A stretch of DNA of 64,000 nt, taken from positions 30,781 through 94,780 of the forward strand of contig LUCB01000003.1 of NCBI GenBank assembly GCA_001593865.1, in the 5' to 3' direction. Positions 62,834 to 64,000 of the stretch are shown here, piece by piece. The notes beneath the pieces are model-generated. The model was not told where the DNA came from, made no database searches, and was given only the letters and a program-made list of their open reading frames with translations. A program made the translations under genes and the position numbers. The first letter of the stretch is position 1; the number at the start of each line of letters is the position of its first letter. Source of the stretch: Candidatus Bathyarchaeota archaeon B24. GTDB lineage: Archaea; Thermoproteota; CALKCG01; B24.

Positions 62834-62859
62834 CGTAAGCCCGGTGTCATTCTTCTACA

Positions 62860-64000
62860 GTGTCGATTTTGACCGGGAAACCTTATGCCGCTATTATAGG
62901 TGCGGGGAGAACGAGGTTCGGGGAGCTCTGGTATGAGAACCCTGAGAGCATGGTCGTTAAGGCCGGTTTAGAGGCCCTAGAGTCGGTAGAGAAGGGGCTG
63001 CATAGAGCCGATATCCAAGCATGCTACCTCGGTAGCTTCATGTATCAAGTTACCAACAAGCTGGGTCTGGTTCCAGGCTACATATCTAGGGAGCTTGGCC
63101 TCAATATACCTATGAGTCAAACCGAAGCCGCATGCGCCTCCAGCAGTTCGGCGTTGCATAACGCGTGTCTAGCCATACGGTCTGGGATGTACGATGTGGT
63201 CCTCGTAGGTGGTTTCGAGAAGATGACGGACCGCTACGGTAAGATAGTGGACGACCTGATGTTCGCAGCAGACCCCAGGGAGTTCGACGCCGGGTTCACG
63301 TTCTCAGGGCTCTACGCGGCGATGATGGCCAGGTACATGTACGACTTCGGTAAGGGAGACGATAGGTGTAGGATAGCCTTAGCCCAGATAGCGGTTAAAA
63401 ACCACCAGCACGCGGTTAACAATCCCTACGCCCAGTTTAGAAGCAGGATAACAGTTGAAGATGTCTTCAAGTCCCCCTTGATAGCGGATCCGGTTAGACT
63501 TCTGCACTGTAGCCCTATATCAGACGGGGCCGTCGCCGTCGTGCTCTGTAGGCCTGAGATCGCTAGGAGGTACACAGACGACCCGGTCTACATAGTGGCG
63601 AGTCAGCAGGCTACGGACCATGTTTCACTTTACAGTAGAACTTCAACGGTCGAGATCAAAGCCACTAGGCTCGCCGTCGGTAAGGCCCTTAGGGAGGCCG
63701 GTATAGGGCTTAAGGATATCCGGCTGGCCGAGGTTCACGACTGCTTCACGATAGAGGAGTGTCTTTTCATGGAGGACTCAGGCTTCTACCGTAAAGGTGA
63801 AGGTTGGAGGGGGATATATGAGAGCATAGAGTCCTTCCAAGGTGGTAAGCACATACCATACGTCGGGGATGGTTGGGAGGTTTTCGTGAACGTCGGGGGA
63901 GGGCTTAAAGCCGACGGGCATCCCGTAGGGGCTACGGGGCTGAGGCAGGTATACGAGTGTTTCAAGCAAATGAGGGGTGAAGCCGGTGCGAACCAGGTCG
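62860..64000 (+). CDS. Thiolase-like acetyl-CoA C-acetyltransferase (archaeal type), 3' end beyond the window
   Basis: Absent from the ORF track because no stop falls inside the window. My translation from the GTG at 62860 reads VSILTGKPYAAIIGAGRTRFGELWYENPESMVVKAGLEALE...MSQTEAACASSSSALHNACLAIRSGMYDVVLVGGFEKMTD (active-site Cys in EAACAS) ... AEVHDCFTIEE ... VNVGGGLKADGHPVGATG. Confidence 0.85.
   Translation, partial: MSILTGKPYAAIIGAGRTRFGELWYENPESMVVKAGLEALESVEKGLHRADIQACYLGSFMYQVTNKLGLVPGYISRELGLNIPMSQTEAACASSSSALHNACLAIRSGMYDVVLVGGFEKMTDRYGKIVDDLMFAADPREFDAGFTFSGLYAAMMARYMYDFGKGDDRCRIALAQIAVKNHQHAVNNPYAQFRSRITVEDVFKSPLIADPVRLLHCSPISDGAVAVVLCRPEIARRYTDDPVYIVASQQATDHVSLYSRTSTVEIKATRLAVGKALREAGIGLKDIRLAEVHDCFTIEECLFMEDSGFYRKGEGWRGIYESIESFQGGKHIPYVGDGWEVFVNVGGGLKADGHPVGATGLRQVYECFKQMRGEAGANQV

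Noticed and set aside
1-64000. Search by eye for CRISPR arrays, tRNA/rRNA genes, IS elements, integrases, and toxin-antitoxin or known defence genes.
   Set aside because: I found no regularly spaced direct repeats and no cloverleaf-compatible GC-rich ~75-nt islands in the intergenic regions. I found no transposase or integrase motifs either. MazG at 37525..37827 looks like a solitary housekeeping NTP pyrophosphohydrolase. A covariance-model scan (tRNAscan-SE, Infernal) would be needed to be definitive.

Overview
This is a densely coded archaeal chromosomal segment of roughly 50% GC. GTG and TTG starts are common, as are 4-nt ATGA/TTGA gene overlaps and oligo-T tracts after genes. I saw no rRNA, tRNA, CRISPR array, transposase or integrase.

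The right part (29.5-64 kb) is core housekeeping:
- M20 peptidase and a Wzx-like flippase.
- A leuC-leuD-leuB-leuA cluster translationally coupled to a LysE-type exporter.
- MazG, a ModE-type regulator, MTA/SAH deaminase, HAD hydrolase, Dph6, glycerate 2-kinase, a core-MetE-like protein and flavodoxin.
- The conserved archaeal block rpoH-rpoB-rpoA-rpl30e-nusA-rps12-rps7-tuf.
- RadB, a Clp1-like kinase, a metallophosphoesterase, a THEP1-like NTPase, a glycerophosphodiesterase, ATP-dependent DNA ligase and a partial thiolase.

rpoA is one unsplit 1275-aa ORF and rpoB is also unsplit. Together with the composition this suggests a Korarchaeota/Thaumarchaeota-like deep lineage. That placement is inference only.

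The left part (0-3.7 kb) holds two ABC transporters, one FecCD/binding-protein type and one ABC-2 type.

The most unusual content is an accessory-looking island at about 3.8-29.4 kb, built almost entirely of membrane and secreted proteins:
- Three giant proteins (1564, 1202 and 1058 aa) share one architecture: variable ectodomain, helical stalk, extra TM helices, a MacB/FtsX-type permease and a conserved cytoplasmic tail. None has an adjacent MacB/FtsE/LolD-type ATPase.
- Three related ~650-680 aa polytopic membrane proteins, possibly OPT-like.
- Two paralogous bitopic proteins, plus other anchored glycoprotein-like ORFs.
- An embedded small sugar-type cluster (MFS transporter, Gfo/Idh/MocA oxidoreductase) next to a decayed UroD-like pseudogene.

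Other candidates worth checking are a C/D-box sRNA between lig and the thiolase gene, and a small three-TM protein after tuf that resembles eukaryotic OSTC/DC2.
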